A stretch of 63,460 bases of DNA, counting the filler. It is 8 parts of 8 records of this genome, joined end to end, with 100 filler letters (N's around TTAATTAATTAA, not from the genome) between each part and the next. Parts side by side here need not be neighbours in the genome. Positions count along the whole stretch, not along the records: positions 60,252 to 63,460 come from SRR7504441_3593; 7 more parts are not named here. One strand, 5' to 3'. The translations under genes and the position numbers were made by a program. The notes beneath the pieces were generated by a model that worked only from the letters and a program-made list of their open reading frames with translations, did no database searches and was not told the DNA's origin. Shown here one piece after another: positions 61,013 through 63,460 of the stretch (the stretch's first letter is position 1; every line of letters starts with the position of its first letter).

Positions 61013-61996
61013 TCAACAGCAACGTGATGACCGCTGCTGGCCGATTGAGCAGCACCGCGACCGCATCGGTGACTCAGGCAGCGACTCCGGCAGTAACTCG
61101 TCCGGTCGCCGCTTCTCCGGTGCGCCTGTTACAACCTCCTCCAATCTGGAGGATGCGGTCAAATTGAAAACGCTGATCAACTCGGCCTTCTCTTCACAGG
61201 ACCTGGGCACCAAGCTGAGTCTCGACCCAGAGCCAACCAGCTCGCACCGCTCGAGCTGCTCGATCTGTCTGGATTTTTGTCTCAGCTGCATGGCCTGGTC
61301 CTCTATCACAGCATACAGCTGCGCCTCCCTCCAGTCTAGTTGCGACTCGAGCAAGCCCAACTGCTCGGCTGCCGGCGAGGCCAACTCAGCCGCTTGGTCC
61401 GCCGCTATGGACTCGGCCTGAGATGCTCTGGCCTCAGCCTCCACTGCCCTTAACTCAGCACTCGCCCTAGCCGCGGCCTCCGCCTCCGCCCTTACTACGG
61501 CCTCGGCAGCACGCGCCTCGGCATCGGCCGCCCTGCGAGGCGACGATTGCTCCGGGGAGCCAGACACCCTCTGAAGTTGCTGCCCCCGGGCTCACTGGCA
61601 AGGCGTGGCTGCCAGGCGCCGTGAGCTGGAACTCGAACTCTGCTGGTGAACATTCGCCAAAAGTGGCAGACACCCAGCGCCGGAACTGGTCTCTGCTGAG
61701 GTGGGTCGGATCGGACGAGTTAAAGTGCCGAAAGGTAACCTCAACCTGTTGCCGCTCGCGCCGGGCACAGCCTAGGCCCGGGCCTGTTCCAGTGTGATGC
61801 CATCGTCGCAGCAGCGCATCACTTCCACAAACTCGCCTGGTCGCCACTCCGCCGCAACCGCCGCCCAGTGGACTCACTGAGCTCCAGTCGGTCGTTGCCG
61901 TTGGCGTCGAACGCGTCGAAGATCTCGTCGATCTGTGCCTGTCCCGCCGCTCGCCCTACCTTCCGCTCAGCCACTTACTCGGCGGGCTGGGGTCAT
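61013..61996 (-). CDS. EF-hand + coiled-coil protein, multi-exon
   Basis: MTPARR|AQIDEIFDAFDANGNDRLEL (EF-hand), FRHFNSSDPTHLSRDQF, then an Ala/Glu coil. The 3' end is uncertain. Confidence 0.6.
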
Positions 61997-62347
61997 TTGC
62001 CCGTCGCTCTCGTAGTACTCCGCCAGCTGAGCCTCGCTCCAGCCAGAGGCGTCGGTCGGCTGCGACACCCAGCTGCTCCCCAGGGGTCGGTCCGGCCCCT
62101 GGCCTGGCCCTACGGGTGGTTGGCGGCCAGCTCAGCCGGTGATCGGGGAGTTGTCATTCCGACCAAACGCTTCTCTCCCGGGGGCTTGATGTGGGCTGCC
62201 CGCCCACTGAGCCAGCCGCCCGATCACTGCGGCTGCGCCTGTTCCGTGCCTTGGAGGTGTGCCCACTGCCCAGTCCGAACTGCAGGCTTTTTGAGATGAA
62301 AAGACGCCCCTGAAGTGGGGTGGTGAAGCGCCGGAGTGTGTGGCGAG

Positions 62348-63244
62348 ATGATGACTCCGACCGACGAGGCCGGGATCCTGGCCGCCGTGGAGCAATACGG
62401 GGCGGCGCCCGGGGCGCGCAAGATGATGCAGAACGAGCGGGCTGCCGCTGAGTTCGCGGTGGCCAACGACATCTACGCAGTGTGGCGCAGCAGCACAGGG
62501 GCCGACTGCACTCGGGTCGGACCGCACTCGCTCTGCTTTTGCGGGCACCGGCTGGCTGATCACGACCTGAGCTCCCGCCTGGTCCGTTGCGGCCAGTGCG
62601 CGTGCAAGCGGTTTGACCACGTGCCTGCCCGACCAGAGGAGGTGGGCGAGTGGTGGCTGCCCCGACGGCGCGGATTCAACGTGCACAGCTGGCGGGCCAA
62701 GTGCCGGTGCAAGCACTCGCACGAGGAGCACGACCCGGTCAGCCGCCGGTGCCGGGTCTGCGGCTGCGGACAGTTCCAATCGGACTACCGCTGCGTGGCG
62801 TGCGACCGTAGTCAGGAGGAGCACGAGACCCTGTTCGAGACAGGGCAGGAACGGAGGGCCGAAGGCAGGCCGGTGGGCGCGCTGTACTTTCCGCTGGCAG
62901 ACACTCCGGAGATACAGGCGGCTGTGTTTGATGCGGTTGGCGCCGGATCTGCGTTTGCGCCTCCCAATCCGATGGACAGACCGGAAAGGTCAGTCGTGCT
63001 GAGCCGCAGCACGAGTGGGGGTCGTAGTGGGGCACGGGCAGGCAAGCTCAAGGCAATCGAGCAGCCAGATGTCATGGGACAGGACAGTGTAGCGTTGCGT
63101 GAGAGGCTCGTGCAGTTCTATAACGAAATGGATCCGAGCAAAATAAATGGGGTGGACAAGCTATTGAAGGGATATGCGGGACGGGAAACCTTGCTAGTCC
63201 AAATGATCGAATCAAAATATGGTCTGCCGGCAGGGACAATCTAA
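62348..63244 (+). CDS. FAM221: FAM221-family protein
   Basis: CTRVGPHSLCFCGH, RPEEVGEWW, WRAKCRCKHSHEEH and HETLFET..ER..GRPVG, plus a C-terminal RLVQFY...KYG helical module. Confidence 0.8.
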   Translation: MMTPTDEAGILAAVEQYGAAPGARKMMQNERAAAEFAVANDIYAVWRSSTGADCTRVGPHSLCFCGHRLADHDLSSRLVRCGQCACKRFDHVPARPEEVGEWWLPRRRGFNVHSWRAKCRCKHSHEEHDPVSRRCRVCGCGQFQSDYRCVACDRSQEEHETLFETGQERRAEGRPVGALYFPLADTPEIQAAVFDAVGAGSAFAPPNPMDRPERSVVLSRSTSGGRSGARAGKLKAIEQPDVMGQDSVALRERLVQFYNEMDPSKINGVDKLLKGYAGRETLLVQMIESKYGLPAGTI

Positions 63245-63460
63245 CTACGGTAAAAGCCCGTCTAGGCAGGTAGGCCTGACTATTGTTTGACTATCAAGCT
63301 AGCTAAAACTGAGGACCACTTCATGATTCACAGAAAGCTTGATTTTAATTTTTGTTTATTTAAATCTACCTTATCTAACTCATCTAAGTTACCGAACTCA
63401 TCTATTGGTATACGTACTAGGTAAGAGTATTGCGTACTCGACGTACAATCATGTAGGTCC

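Overview
This window is eukaryotic genomic DNA from a gene-dense protist, probably a flagellate (IFT56 and FAM221 are present). It is eight contigs joined by artificial 100-nt N44-TTAATTAATTAA-N44 spacers, so gene neighbourhoods hold only within a contig. Genes have many short spliceosomal introns, mostly about 35-55 nt and several GC-AG, so the ORF track fragments most genes. The main result is on contig 1. About 13 minus-strand ORFs from 2196 to about 24470 splice into one gene of roughly 7,100 aa. It has a signal peptide, a large adhesin-like ectodomain and one TM helix. These are followed by two tandem copies of [TM-Cache-like-TM-TM-Cache-like-TM + TPC-like 2x6TM channel with EF-hands]. 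The four pore loops form an EEEE ring and the S4 segments are nearly uncharged, so this is a candidate ligand-gated four-domain Ca2+ channel-receptor. Other notable genes are an SP-RING SUMO-ligase-like protein that begins with a histone H3-tail mimic, a 2xPHD + DEMETER/EndoIII-like glycosylase, an ankyrin-AlkB fusion hidden in small exons, an IFT56 with an internal deletion, and a hybrid His kinase with a duplicated membrane module. More ordinary genes include TPR, nucleoredoxin, RMC1, PSMB7, PCNA, an RCC1-repeat protein, a DHHC enzyme, a TPK-like channel and FAM221. All family assignments come from reading motifs by eye, and no database searches were run.
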